Shown one piece after another: positions 14,987 through 31,732 of a DNA stretch of 64,000 nt. Every line of letters begins with the position of its first letter. Positions within the stretch are counted from its first letter, which is position 1. The notes beneath the pieces were generated by a model that was not told where the DNA came from, searched no databases, and saw only the letters and a list, made by a program, of their open reading frames with translations. The translations under genes and the position numbers were made by a program. This DNA comes from the human T2T-CHM13v2.0 reference genome, Homo sapiens, in the NCBI RefSeq assembly GCF_009914755.1, contig NC_060947.1, one strand, 5' to 3'.

Positions 14987-16943
14987 GGAGTCATTTTTTG
15001 AAATCAAAATAATTCATTGAAGCCCTAGGGCAATGACTTGTGTCCCTGTAGGGACAGTCTGGCATTGAACAGACCCCGGCCTGAAGAGCTTCAGACTAGT
15101 CATGCCAGCGAATTTTAGGGATTTTTTTTTTTTTTACCACATTAATCATCTTCTGAGTTGGGAGAATAGTCTTTAATTTGTCAATTTCCTTCTCATATCT
15201 GCAGTGTGACTCTGCAGATGAATTCAGTATATAAATTTTAACAGGAATCACCTGCTGTTTTAGGTTAATGTTTCACAAGAATTCAAGAAATGTTATCTAT
15301 TCAGAACCAGTATTTTCCCTTCTATAATTATTTCTAAATTACAACAAAATTGTTTTAAAATTTCATTATCTGAGATCCATGAGCATATGCAGAATACTCA
15401 GGGTACAGAAATGAAAAAGGGATCAAGAAGATTGTGCATTCGAGGAGTTCCTTTCATCATTAAAAACAATTTTACACATGGCTTTCTTTAGTTATGTAAG
15501 AAAAATGTCATTAAATTTCTTCAGTTTCTGTTTTTGGCCATGGGCGGAAAACATTCCAGGACAGTCTGATCCAAAAACTAGTCATGACAATAACTTCATT
15601 TTTACAACACTGTTTTCTTCATAAACCACAGGGCGCTGCAACTAGGGGGAAAAGCTTATGTACTACCTATTGAAGGAAAAAAGCATTTTCTATATCGAAG
15701 CATTCCTTTGTGCAGCCTTTGAAGGAATAAATACATTAGCTCTGAGTTTTTTTTTTTTTAAACTGACTTGCAGCAGAATCTCCTGGAGAATTGCTGTTCA
15801 AATGCTGGTTCCTAGGTCCTGGCAAAACCTTCTAAATCAGATTTTCTGGGAGAGGGTTTGAGAAACCTGCATTTTAAAGTAGTACAGAGGATTCTGAGGT
15901 AACAGGTTAAGGATTTGGGACTCTTTACTCTTAGTTCATTTTTCTTAAAATTGTCTTCCTTTTCTGCAAAACCTTTGTGCAACTCCCTTTGTGGCTGATG
16001 ATGTAAGACTTGACTCTGTCTTCTGCCAGTTACTACAAAACAGTTCTCTGATAGCCTAGACTAAAAAAAAAAGTGTAATAAACACATTGTCTGCCTGCGC
16101 TGGGCTAGGTGCTGATGATCTTTGGGGAAAGGTATGTGTCGAGGAGAAATGGGAAATAAGGTACCTGTAATACTGCTTATGGAAGACAGTTAAAGCCACA
16201 CAGTGGAGTGAGACACTTAGAAAGCCATTGTGTTTTAGAACATTGACCTGGCAGTGATTGGAGGGCACTAATAATGAAGGTCAGGGAGGTCAATCTGAAG
16301 AAGCAATGGAGCCTGTAGTCATTAGGGTATGAATCTCAGGGTGTGGGCAATGGATGTATCATAAAAGACGAGGATCCATGAAGCTTTGCAAAGGAAGAAA
16401 GAACAGAATTTGGTGATAGAATACAGGGAACAGAGGTGGGGGAAAAGGTGATTTTAATTTAAATTACCTAATCTAGGAGCCCAAAGAAAATGAGCTCTGG
16501 CTGATAATGGGAAGGTTGGAAGAAAAAACAGTTTGGTGGAGAAGAGGGTGCATGATGTGTTTTGGACACTGGATTTGAGGCAATGGTAGAACACTCAAAT
16601 GGAGCAGTTGGAGATCTGGGATTTGTTCTGAGGTGAGATGTCAGGATTAGGAATTACCAGCATAGAAACTGTAGTTGAAGGATGAGGGAGTGATAAACTG
16701 GATGTGAGTGGATGAGGGAGTCAGAAAGAGGGAAGAATGTGAGTAGTCCTCCTACTCCCCCTCTGCTGGAAGAGAGAGGAGGGAACAGAACAAGCCAAGA
16801 AACAAGGAAGGAGCAGGGCAGAGGGACCAGAGGAGGAATCGTAGACTTCAGCAGATAGGCATTTTCAAGAAGCATGAAACTTCTAATCCCAGCCTTAGAA
16901 TGTCTTCTCTTATACAGAAGAAATAGGCCTCCTGTAGTCTCTA

Positions 16944-17281
<338 letters not shown>

Positions 17282-17402
17282 GCAGAAAACAGTCTTTTCT
17301 TCCTAGCATATGAAATGAGTCACATTGTACAATAGGGTTTTTTTAAAAAAAGTTATCTTGCCCATTGCAAATATTGCTTTTCATGGACATCTCAGTCATT
17401 AA

Positions 17403-17728
<326 letters not shown>

Positions 17729-17792
17729 TGCTCTTATTTCTTGAATACTCTGTTGAATATAATGCAGAAGATTGTCTCATTTTATCTTGTAG

Positions 17793-17980
17793 GCACAGAA
17801 GCCTGGAAAAAATTCATCAATGTGAAAACATCTTTAGAGAAGGCCAATACTTTGGTTGTTCCTTTGATCTGACCAAAGTGAAGGATTCCAGTTTTGAACA
17901 ACACAGTGTCCAAATAATGGTCAAGGATAATGCAGGAAAAATTAAACCATCCTTCAATATAGTGCCTTTAACTTCCCGTG
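17793..17980 (+). CDS. IL13RA1: IL13RA1 exon 5
   Basis: Acceptor ttgtag, (W)HRSLEKIHQCENIFREGQYFGCSFDLTK...KPSFNIVPLTSR(V), donor gtaagt. Confidence 0.98.
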
Positions 17981-18279
17981 GTAAGTTTTAGAAGTCCTCT
18001 AAAACAGTATGGATAAAAAGTGTGTTATATCTTTTGCACAATCAATACAAATAATAAAAAATGATCATTCTGGGTTTAAGATCTTCTGAAAGAAGGGACT
18101 ATATTGATGTATAACTTTCTTTGATAGATCCTTTTTAAAGAAGTAAACTTGGAAATTCTTTTTATTGAACACATGTGCCAGATGCTTTATCCTTGTTTAG
18201 AGTACACTGAGAGTTAGAACAGTTAGTTGTAGAACCAACATTGGAATTGTCTTAGTTCATTTTTTGTTTGGTATTTTCT

Positions 18280-18682
18280 GGTATTCTGTTGCTTATAACA
18301 GAATACCAGAGACTGGGTAATTTATAAAGAAAAGGAATTTATTTCTTAGAGTTCTGGAGGCAGGGAAGTGGAAGGTCAAGGGGCCAAGTCTGATGAGTGC
18401 CTTCTTGTTTGTGGGGACTTTCTGCAAAGTCCCAAGACAGCACAGGGCATCACATGGTTAGGGAGTTGAGCATGCTAGCTCAGGTCTCTCTTCCTCTTTG
18501 TATACATCCACGAGTCCCACTCCCATGATAATCCATTAATCGGTCAATAGATCAATCAATTCATGAAGGCAGAACCCTCATGACCCAATTATCTCTTTAA
18601 AGGTCCAACCTCTCCATACTGCCACATTGGGGATGAAGTTTCAACATGAGTTTGGGAGAAGATAAACATTCAAATCATAGCA
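18280..18682. mobile_element. MST-family MaLR solo LTR
   Basis: actgggtaatttataaagaaa..ttctggaggc..aagtttcaacatgagtttg..aaacattcaaatcatagca. Confidence 0.8.
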
Positions 18683-19496
18683 GGAACCCAGGCCATCTGA
18701 CTCTAAGGTCTAGTCTCTTGATACTTAAAGAGGATGATACTCATAATGATCATATGTAGTTCCTAAATAATCTGTCTCTTAGAAAAGGCATAGACTTAAG
18801 GTAGTGTAATCGGGTGATATTCAAAATATTTAACATTCTGTATGGCATGGGCACTGATCAGTTAGAAAAACCAGTATAGCCTTAACTGTGGGTGCCAGCT
18901 GCATGTCAGCCTGTTAGAAAGCACCCTCAGCTTGAACACAGATTATCTGATTAGGTTCTAACTCCTTCACTTTGGGCAAGGCATATAAACCCCCTTCAAA
19001 TATTTCCTTATCTGTGAAATGGAATATATAATCTCCCTCTATCTAAAAAAATTGTCATAAGGTCCAAATGACATAAAGCGTATTAACACATTGTGTAAAT
19101 TACTAAAGCAAATTCCATTAGCGTAATGGTTTATTTGTTGAAATATCCCAACTGGGAGCTCAGATTCTGGCTTAGATAGTCATAGAAGTGAATTCTAATA
19201 GGGTACCAAAGTCAGCTTACTTTGTAGGCCAAGGGAGTGAGGTTGGAGTATTTTGCCTAGTGGGGTAAGCTGAAGCAGAGCCCTTCTCTTTGTTTGGCAG
19301 ATTATCTTAGATGATCTTTTAAGTCTTATTTTGCTGTTTTTCTCTCTGGATATTAATGGTGACATAAAGGAAGAAGGAAGATCCTTCTCAGATAGAAGAT
19401 GATATCTTCAAGTTGTTTTCTGTTAATTACCCATTATCTTCTATTGCTTGGTCTTAAGTATAGCTGACTCCTGAAAAAGTAAATTGACCAGGCTAA

Positions 19497-20105
<609 letters not shown>

Positions 20106-20484
20106 AGAGACTAAGCCAATGTTTTAATGGTGGTCTTTGATTGGCATTAATAAGTGACAACTAGGGAAGCCCCTTGTATCTGGTGCCTTATTACTCATCA
20201 GGTGGAAGTACATCTGGATCCAAGCCTTTCTTTATTCTCTATGTTGCGTCTAGATGTCCTGATTATACCCTGGCCATTTTCTAACCAGATGCAGGTCAGA
20301 GTTCATATCATCTGCTAGATACCCCAAATATGTTCCTTAAATTCATTTTACTAGGCAGTTTTAAATAAACTTCTTCTATAATTGTGGCTAAATAGAAATT
20401 CTAAAACTATGTATCTGATCATGAAAGGCCACTAAATGCATCAGCTCTGTTTTGATTTAACTTTATGAACCCTGCATATATCTG

Positions 20485-20815
20485 CAGTTGTCTCTCAGTA
20501 TTTGTGAGGGATTGCTTCCAGGAACTTCCAAGGATACCAAAATCCATGGATGCTCAAGTCCCTGATAAAAAGTAGCATAGTACTTGCATATAACCTATGC
20601 ATATTTTCTCACATACTTTAAATCATGTCTACATTACTTATAATACCTAATACAATGTAAATGCTATGTAAATAGTTGTTATATTATCTAGGGAATAAAT
20701 GAGAAGAAAAAACTCTGTACATGTTCAGCACAGATGCTATTTTTTAAAAAATATTTTCAGTTCATGGTTGGTTGAATTCATGAATGTGGAATCCATGGAT
20801 ATGGAGGGCCGACTG
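20485..20815. mobile_element. MER2 (Tigger-derived) element
   Basis: TIR-like ends cagttgtctctcagtat / atatggagggccgactg; ggataccaaaatccatggatgctcaagtccct. Confidence 0.85.
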
Positions 20816-20875
20816 TGTGTTTGTGTGTATAATCAAGCTTTGGAAGCTTACTTGTGTTCTATTTTTGTTTTTCAG

Positions 20876-21027
20876 TGAAACCTGATCCTCCACATATTAA
20901 AAACCTCTCCTTCCACAATGATGACCTATATGTGCAATGGGAGAATCCACAGAATTTTATTAGCAGATGCCTATTTTATGAAGTAGAAGTCAATAACAGC
21001 CAAACTGAGACACATAATGTTTTCTAC
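20876..21027 (+). CDS. IL13RA1: IL13RA1 exon 6 (D3 FnIII start)
   Basis: Acceptor tttcag, (V)KPDPPHIKNLSFHNDDLYVQWENPQNFISRCLFYEVEVNNSQTETHNVFY, donor gtaagg; contained in supplied ORF 20854..21039. Confidence 0.98.
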
Positions 21028-22659
21028 GTAAGGTTTTAAAATTATTGTTTTTATTTGGCTATTTTTCTTTTACTTGAATTTCTTACATTGAAATATCAAT
21101 GAAACATAGCTCTTACATTTGTCACCTTATGATGATGATGGTAATGAAACTTCTTGTCTAAAATAAGGCATGGTGGAAGATTTGAAGATTTATGGTATGA
21201 TAGTATCAGCTGCAAGTTTCAAGCCATTTATTCATCTGTAAGCTTCTTAGAAAGGCCTATTAAACGATAATTCATTTGCTCAACACGTTCTTATTAAATA
21301 TCCACCACATGCCAAGCACTCTTTTGTGTGCTAGGGATAAGGCAGTGAACATGACACCTGACAAGTTTTTTTCTTCATGAAACCTACATAATAGAAAACG
21401 TAAGTAAATAAGCAAGCTAATTTCAGAGGATGAGTGCTGTGAAGAAAATAAAATGGGCTGATGTAGTAGAGTGACTGGGAGAACGAGAGGGAATATTAGG
21501 TAGGGAAATCATCTGAGGTAATAACATTTGAGATGAGACCAGAATGATGAGCAGACGCTAGCCATGTGAAGATCTGGGTGTAGGGGGTCAGCAGATACAG
21601 ACTCTGAGGCAAAAATGAGCTTAGCATGTGTGAGAGAACAGAAAGGAGGGTGGTGTGAACAAAATGTAGCAGGAAAAGATGTCTAAGCAGTAGGCAGACA
21701 TCAGATCTTGCGGACACTTTGGAGGCTCTGATAATACCATTCTGTTTTCTTGGAGTTTGTGGCAACTAAAGTAATCAGATTTGAGTAGTCAATATTTGTT
21801 GGATTATGTGCCTGTATGCTATTCAGAATCAAATGCAGAACATGCTAATTAGAGGCCCTGTAGGACACTGACCAGAGTGTACTATAATCTCAGGACATCA
21901 GTCCAGTTGTTCTGCTTTAGGGTAAAGGTCACAAACTAGGGCCTCACACTTTTTTGTGTGGAACACAAAGTCGTGTTTTGTTTGTTTGTTTGTTTACTAG
22001 ATTTGAATTTTTTGCCCAGATTTTAAATCATAGTACTTTAAGAGTGTGTGTCCATAAGATGGCGCCTTAAGACCATGAAGACTGCACCACTCACTTGTCT
22101 GCTACCTGCCTGGACCCTTTGTGTGTTTGAGTTTTAGAGATTAGAAGTGAAGTGTTTTATATTGGCTTTTAAAGGAGCCTAGCATCTCGCACGTGGGTAA
22201 ATTCCTTGGTCCAGTTGTTTTAGCTCATCATGGAACTTCCAAAATGCTTGCTAAAATAAGCCAGTGTTGACAGGCTATAATTCCAACTCCAGAGGGAGTG
22301 ACCAAGTCCACAGCAGAACAGAACAGCAAATGCTCTTCTGGGCATTTGCATTATGAATCCTTCTGCTGAAATATAATAATCATTACTAGTACCAGAAATT
22401 AAGTGCCCCATGAAATGCAGCAAAGGGAAAAATCTAAGGGCTTTCATGTGGAAGGGGGCTGGTACTTGAATTTACAACAAAAGGAGTTATCAGAAAGCTG
22501 AAATACACTTGTTTACTCCAGTCTTTACTGTTCTCTCCTGTCTGAAATCCTGAGATGCATGTCTGAAATCCTGAGATAGTATTCATTTTGCCACTCAATT
22601 ATTTTCTGCTGTTTAACCTATCACATGTATGCATTTTCTCTCCACTGAAAATATAGACT

Positions 22660-22941
22660 CCTACAGAAAACCAAATGCCACATGTTCTCACTTATAAGTG
22701 GGAGCTGGACAATGAGAACACATGGACACATGGAGGTGAACAACACATACTGGGGCCTGTGGGGGCTGTGGTGGGAGGAGGGAGAGCATCAGGAAGAACA
22801 ACTAATGGATACTGGCCTTAATACCTGGGTGATGGGTTGATCTGTGCAGCAAACCACTATGGCACACTTTTACCTATGTCACAAACCTACACACCCTGCA
22901 CATGTACCTCAGAATTTAAAAGTTGATATTTTTTAAAAAAA
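22660..22941 (+). mobile_element. L1PB-like 3' end
   Basis: catgttctcacttataagtgggagct..gcagcaaaccac..atggcacac..ctgcacatgtacc; TSD gaaaatatagact. Confidence 0.88.
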
Positions 22942-24609
22942 GAAAATATAGACTTCTGTAGGAAGGAGTTTGGTGCTGTCTACTTTGTGCAGTTCCTGCT
23001 ACTAAATAGCAGCTAACCTGTATTGAGTGATTACTATGTGCTAGGTATCTTAATAAGCACTATATCTGAATTGTTTCATTTAATCTTCACAATAACCCTA
23101 AGGATCTAGGTCCTGTTATTTTGTCTCCATTTTACAAGATAAGAAAACTTAGTTACTCCTAAGGTCACATTTTTAGTAAGTGGTAGAATCAACATTTAAC
23201 CAAAGTTGTAACGCTAAGACTTGGATTCTTAACCGCTAGAGAACACCTCAATACTTCCTCTTAATAGCAATAGCTATCATTCATTAAGTGTTTATGGCAT
23301 GCTACAAAGATGCTCTTCTATGTGCTTCTTAATACAGTAGCTCATAGCAACCCATGAAATAGAAACTATTTTAACCTACATTTTATTGAAAAAACTAAGG
23401 CTCAGAGAGGTTAAGTAACTTGCTACAAGCCACACAGCTAATAAGTCAGTAACACTTCAAAGGTTGGTTGGTCTCCATGTATTTAACTTTGACCAAGAAT
23501 ACTTAGCATAATGTCATGTGCACAATCATCATTTAATAAATTATTATTGAATTGAGTTACTTTTTTTTTTTTTACAAACTTCTGAACTGAAGAGAACACA
23601 TACACTATGGAAGTTATCTACCTAAATCAGAACTATTTTCTATTTGGAATTAACTCTGTTTGTACACTTGAGTTTAATATTCTTCCTCCTAGCAGATGTA
23701 GAATGTCATCAGTTTTTTGTGTGCTCACAGATTTTGAACTCTGCTGCTTAGATTTTTCTTTTTTTTTCCTTTTTGAGGAATTATTTTGCCTGGTGTTACA
23801 CTTAAGAGGGGGAAGTAAGCGGGAACATGAACTGGTACCAACACATGGGGGCTGTGGTCAGAGGTAGCTCATGACAGAATTATGAAGTAAGGAACAACTT
23901 GTCTGTGACCACCCCCCACCCCCCACCCCCACCTTCCCAGCAGACTATCTTCTTGGTGCCCTGGCTTTCCTTCTCTTAGTGGTCTCTGAAGAGCCAGTAA
24001 ACTATGCAGGGGGATTTACATTTGAACAAGAGCCTAGAGACGTAAATCTACAGGTTGATTCGGCAAGTTTGGAATTTCTATATATGGGAGATGGTCCAGG
24101 GGAGGAGGGACATCAATTTGCAACTTGATCCCTCACTGGTAGTTGACGCTTGTGATTCCCCAACAGGTCTACGATTCTAAATGGCCAGTAATAGGGTATA
24201 CTAGCCCCCTGAGTGGGGTTTTTTTTTTCTCAACCTCTGTATGAAATATTGAAAGGATGTCCCTTCATCATTTGCTTGGCCTCTCAGCTCTTTACACAGG
24301 CTGGTAGGAACTATTTAGTGAATGACATTGAATGTCAAAAATAATATCTATGTGTTCTGGTCTTGGTTCCAAGTTTAAACGTCTCTTTGATAGAAGTTGA
24401 CTATTTAAGCAACAGATTTTCATGTGTTTTTTACTCCATTTTGGAAATACTTGCATTTAAGGAAATTAGTATTCTCTTTACATTAGACAGCAAGTGACTT
24501 TTATTGTGTGGAGGAGAATTTTGCATTACACTTTCTTTTCTCCAACCCAGTCAAGTTTTATATCTTATACTCTCAACAAGGGACACTGGTTTCTCGCTCC
24601 CTGTCTCTT

Positions 24610-26150
<1,541 letters not shown>

Positions 26151-26267
26151 ACCTGATCATCTTTTAATGGGATAAAAGGAAAGCTTGTTAGAAATGACTA
26201 GGTGATAGAAAATGGGTTTTTAAACATTTAGGACTCATTAGTTTATTTATTTATTTTTATTTTCAAG

Positions 26268-26315
26268 GTCCAAGAGGCTAAATGTGAGAATCCAGAATTT
26301 GAGAGAAATGTGGAG
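26268..26315 (+). CDS. IL13RA1: IL13RA1 exon 7 (48 nt, phase 0/0)
   Basis: Acceptor tttcaag, VQEAKCENPEFERNVE, donor gtcagt. Confidence 0.97.
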
Positions 26316-26581
26316 GTCAGTAAATTCAACATTAGCTATTTGGGTTTAGACTTAGAGCAGTTGGGGGTGGAGCATAGCCTAAATATGAGCTGCTTTGAGA
26401 AAAACAAATTACGTTGTTCCGTGAGTTATTGACAATTTTTTCGAAAAGTCAAAGATAATTTGAATTGCAATCCAAGTCTTAATCATAGACAGAATTTGGC
26501 AGATAATTGTATTATGATTCAATAACAGTGAAAAAGAATAAACTGGTAATATTCCTTGTGTATTTTTATTTTATGCCTAAG

Positions 26582-26714
26582 AATACATCTTGTTTCATGG
26601 TCCCTGGTGTTCTTCCTGATACTTTGAACACAGTCAGAATAAGAGTCAAAACAAATAAGTTATGCTATGAGGATGACAAACTCTGGAGTAATTGGAGCCA
26701 AGAAATGAGTATAG
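26582..26714 (+). CDS. IL13RA1: IL13RA1 exon 8 (WSXWS motif)
   Basis: Acceptor cctaag, NTSCFMVPGVLPDTLNTVRIRVKTNKLCYEDDKLWSNWSQEMSI(G), donor gtaaga; WSNWS signature. Confidence 0.98.
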
Positions 26715-26902
26715 GTAAGAGAACAGAATTTTTATTAAAATTTAAAACACTGATGTATAAAAACTAAGCTGAAGCAGAAAATAGACTGGGGAAAGGGACT
26801 GTCATGCTCTCTTGATGTCAGGAAAAGAGTACTTACAATTGAAATTTATTTTCTTCTTAATCACTTTCAAACCACCCAGGGTTAATTGACAGTATACAGT
26901 TA

Positions 26903-27296
<394 letters not shown>

Positions 27297-27974
27297 GGCA
27301 GGCATAATAAAATTTGCACATTGTACAATACTAGAGACTGTCCTACATGCTGGTTGGCAGAAACAAGAGTGGAGCCATTTAATAGAAACCTGTACCTAAG
27401 TTTGAAAAAAATCATTTATTAATTGAAAGGCTGAGCAAGCTAGGCTCAAGTACAGGACTGGAAAGACCTGTGCTTTATGGATGTGTGTGTGGTGGGGTGG
27501 GATACACGGCTTTATAAGTGCAATGTGACTCAACATTGTAATCTTAAATGTGTCAAAAAGGCATATACAATCTTAGGAGTGATAAGTGCAGCACCCAGAA
27601 AGGAATGCTGCAGGTTGGGGCACAGAGCTATGGTCACATCAGAATTGTGCAGTATTCCATTCTGAGCACCACATTAAAGGAGTTGCCTTGGCAGACTGGA
27701 ATCTATCCTTGAAAGGATAATCAGGATGTTGAAGAATCTCAAAACTTGGCAAGGAACAATTGGTAAAGTAACTTTGAGGAGTCATGATTGCTGATTTCTA
27801 ATATTTGAGGTATTGTCAGGTACAAGAAGGAATAGGCTTTACTTTTTGTGTCTCCAAGGGGCAACACAGAACCAACTTAAGAACTTTTTAAACAGCTGTA
27901 TATTGGTCAAACAGGTTGTCGAGGTAGCCAATTCCCTATTAATTGAGAAGCTCAACAAGTTATGTGCCAGGCAT

Positions 27975-28970
27975 GGTTGTATTCGTTTATTTATTGTTGT
28001 ATAACAAATTACTCCAAAGTTTAATGGCTTGAACCAACATACATTTACCATCTCACAGTTTCGGTGAGTCAGGAGTCTAGCCACGGCTTAGCTGGAGGTC
28101 TCATGAGGTTGCAGTCAAGCTGCAATGAGAACTGAAATATGTCTGAAGGCTTGACTGGGGACAGAGCATCCATTTCCAAGTTCACTCATATAGTTGTTGG
28201 AAAGCCTCAGTACCTCACTGGTTGCTGGATGGAGGCTGTTGCAGGTTGAATTGTATCTCCCAAAAAGGTATGTTCGTAGGTTCCAACCCCGGTACCTGTG
28301 AATGTAACCTTATTTGGAAATAGGATTTTTGCAGATATAATCAAGTGAGGATGAGGTCATGCTGGATTAAAGTGGACAGTTAATCTAATGACTAGTATCC
28401 TTATAAAAAGAGAAGCCACACAGAGACACACAGACACACAGGGAAGAAAGCCATGTGAAGATGGAGGCAGAGATTGCAGAGATGCAGCTACAACCAAGGA
28501 ACAACAAGGATTCCCAGGAGCTACCAGAAGCTAGGAAGAGGCAAAGAGGGATTCTTCTCTAGAGCCCTCAGAGGGAGCATAGCCCTGCTGACACCTTCAT
28601 TTTGGATTTCTAGCCTCCAAAACTGTGAGATAATACATTTCTGTTGTTGTAAGCCATTCAGTTTGTGGTAATTTGCTTCCCTTAGTTCCTTGCCACTTGG
28701 ACCTCCCCATAGGGCTACTTCCTGACATGGAAACTGGCTTTCCCAAGTGAGTAATCCAAGCAAGAAACAGTGTGAGAGAACACGCAATATGGGAACCATG
28801 GTCTTTTATAACCTAACCTTAGAAATGACATCCCATTACTGCTGCTGTTCTGTTTTTTAGAAGTGAGTCAATTAGTCTAGCCCATGCTCAAGGAGAGGGG
28901 ATTACACCAGGGAATGAATATCAGGAGGCAGGAATCATGTGGAGAAATCTTAGTGACTGCCTAAAACAAT
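27975..28970. mobile_element. Nested MLT1 MaLR LTRs (opposite-strand MLT1B/C-like copy at about 28237-28672)
   Basis: Outer taacaaattactccaaa..tctcacagtttc..; inner ttgaattgt..cccaaaa..gtgaatgtaaccttatttggaaatagg..taagccattcagtttgtggtaatttg. Confidence 0.7.
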
Positions 28971-29533
28971 GGTGCCAGGCCTTGATGATGCTTTCTAGAT
29001 GTTCATGACCTAGTGGGAAAAATGAATTTGTATATAGACAAATGACAGTCTATATGTTAGATGTAGCAAGGCAGGCTTTGGAATTGGACAGTGGAACTGG
29101 AATTTGAGGCCTGATGCCATTATTTACTAAATCCTTCCGGATGACTTACTAAACCTCTCTGAGCCTTATCTTTCTCATCTGCTTAAATGGGAGATAATGC
29201 TATCATTATAGCATATATATGAGATAAGCATGCAAAACCACCTAGTGTGGTATCAGACATATAGTAGGTGCTTATTTAAGAATAATAGTAGTTGTTAGGA
29301 TTATTTTAGGTATTTTAGTAGTGGTAAGTAACCAGTAAAATATGTAGTCACTGTTAATAAGATTACATATTTAATATAGCATCTTTGTTAATAGTATTTA
29401 AAACTAGTTAAGATCTTCTGATTTACCTGAGCGGGTGGGGAAACCCACCCCATGAGCATCCCCTGGGCTCACCCAGTGCACAGAGGGAGGCCTCCCGTGG
29501 CTGGGCCCCTCTCAGTCAGCCCATGTGGCTGCC

Positions 29534-30601
29534 ATGACCTGGAGCACCACAGCCGGGGGCGCCCACCAGCTCAACACCACCACATTCACGTGGCAGCACC
29601 TCCCTGCCTGGCAACCGCTGCTGTTGGCCAGCATTAGGCTGCAGCTCTTCTTCTACGTGGGCCTGGCCTTCATCAGCCTGGACCTCTATTACTCCTCCAC
29701 CAGCATCAAGGAGCTGGAGTACAACTACACCGGCGACCCGGGCACCAGCAACTGCTCGGTGTGTGCTGTGGCTGGCCAGGGCTGTGTGCCACTGCCCATC
29801 TGCTCATGCGCCTGGTACTTCTCACTGCCTGAGCTCTTCCAGGGCCCTGTGTACCCCTACTACGTGCTGACCAACTTCTACCAAAACAACCGGCGATATG
29901 GAGTGTCCGCGACAACGCGCAGCTGAGCGGGCTGCCCAGCACGCTGCACCATCCAGTCAATGAGTGCACCCACTGCGCCGCCTGCCCATCGTGCACCCTG
30001 CAATGTCATCACCAACAGCCTCTTCAACGACTCCTCGCTGTGGCACCAGTGCTGGCCCGGCGAGCCCTACGTGGAGGTGCCGCGCTACCGCACTGCACCT
30101 GCATCACCCGGTAGACCAACTACCCCATCAAGTTCTGCAACCCACCACTGGTCAACGGCAGCCTGGCACTGGCCTTCCATGGCACAGCACCCCTGCCCAA
30201 CTGGCGCTGGCTGGTCTACGACAAGCTCAGCCCCATCCCCAACAACAACGGCTTCATCAACCAGGACTTCGTGGTGTGGATGCGCATGGCAGCGCTGCCC
30301 ACGTTCCGCAAGCTGTTCCGCAAGCTGTACGGGCACATCCGCCAGGGCAACTACTCAGCTGGGCTGCCGCGGTGTGTCTACTGTGTCAACATCACCTACA
30401 ACTACCTGGTGCGTGCATTTGGCGGCCACAGGCTCCGCATCTTCAGCAGCATCTTGTGGATGGGTGGCAGGAACCCCTTCCTGTGCATCGCCTATGTGGT
30501 GGTCAGCTCCCTCTGCATCCTTACTGGCTTTGTCATGCTGGTCATCTACATTAGCTACCAGGACCTACCAGAAAGATGATGACAATGAGGAGGAGGGGTG
30601 A
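29534..30601 (+). pseudogene. TMEM30BP1: TMEM30B (CDC50B)-like pseudogene, coding remnant, sense in IL13RA1 intron 8
   Basis: Intronless pieces in shifting frames: [37 protein letters not shown] / NSLFNDS / [46 protein letters not shown]. These are CDC50 motifs closest to recalled TMEM30B, with frameshifts and stops. Symbol recalled, not verified. Confidence 0.92.
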
Positions 30602-31390
30602 TTCCAGCTTTCCAACGACCCTTCCTGCTTCTTACCAAAATTCTGCAAGCTTTTTTCAGTCTCTCCCCTTTGCCTCTCATCCTATTCCAACCTCTCCTCA
30701 CTTTTCCTCCCTTTGTGAATGAGGGGGCCAGAGAAGGGAATTACCCACTTACTCTTGGGGGCTGCTAAACTCTGTTGCCTGGTGGCGGAGGGTTGACTGC
30801 AGAGTGAAACATCCTTGCAAACTCTCCCCACCTCCTTCATGATGCTGAGATGCCATGTTAGGTTCTCCAAGTCCAAGAGTGGAAGGGATCCTTATAGAGA
30901 CTCATTTTCAACCCCTACCAGAGGAAGAGATTGAGAGACCTAGCAACATCAAATAACTCAATCAAGATCAGGCAGCTGGCAAGTGGTTCCTGACGCTAAG
31001 GCTAGAGCTTTTGCCACTACAGTACAGTGGTTTTCTTTTCTTTGTGGGGAGGGTGGGTTGGGATGGAGAGTGAGACCCACAAATTATCTGCAGAGGCATG
31101 GAGGGGTGTGGGAGAACATATTTGTTAAATATGCAGATAGATGAGGAGGCACCAACCCCAGAGATTCTGACACAGTAATGCTGGGGTGAGATGCTTGAAA
31201 CTGTGTTTTAACAAACTCCTCTGGAGATTCCTGTATTCTCTCAAATTTGGAAATCACTACCCTGAACCTGGTTGGGCCTGAAGCAGTCACCTGAGTCCAG
31301 TTTTTCAGATAGTAATTTGTTCCCAGGGACAGTGACACCATAATGTTGCAGGTTTGGTCTGGCACTCTGCCTTAAATATAGTATGCTCTA

Positions 31391-31732
<342 letters not shown>

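Noticed and set aside
22539-22578. 21-bp tandem duplication tgtctgaaatcctgagat
   Set aside because: Ordinary slippage duplication with no functional cue.
23909-23938. C-run tract (possible minus-strand G-quadruplex)
   Set aside because: Isolated, deep intronic and common; no supporting context.
29960-30601. 213-aa and 196-aa ORFs
   Set aside because: Mostly off-frame readings of the GC-rich TMEM30B pseudogene; only short patches match CDC50.
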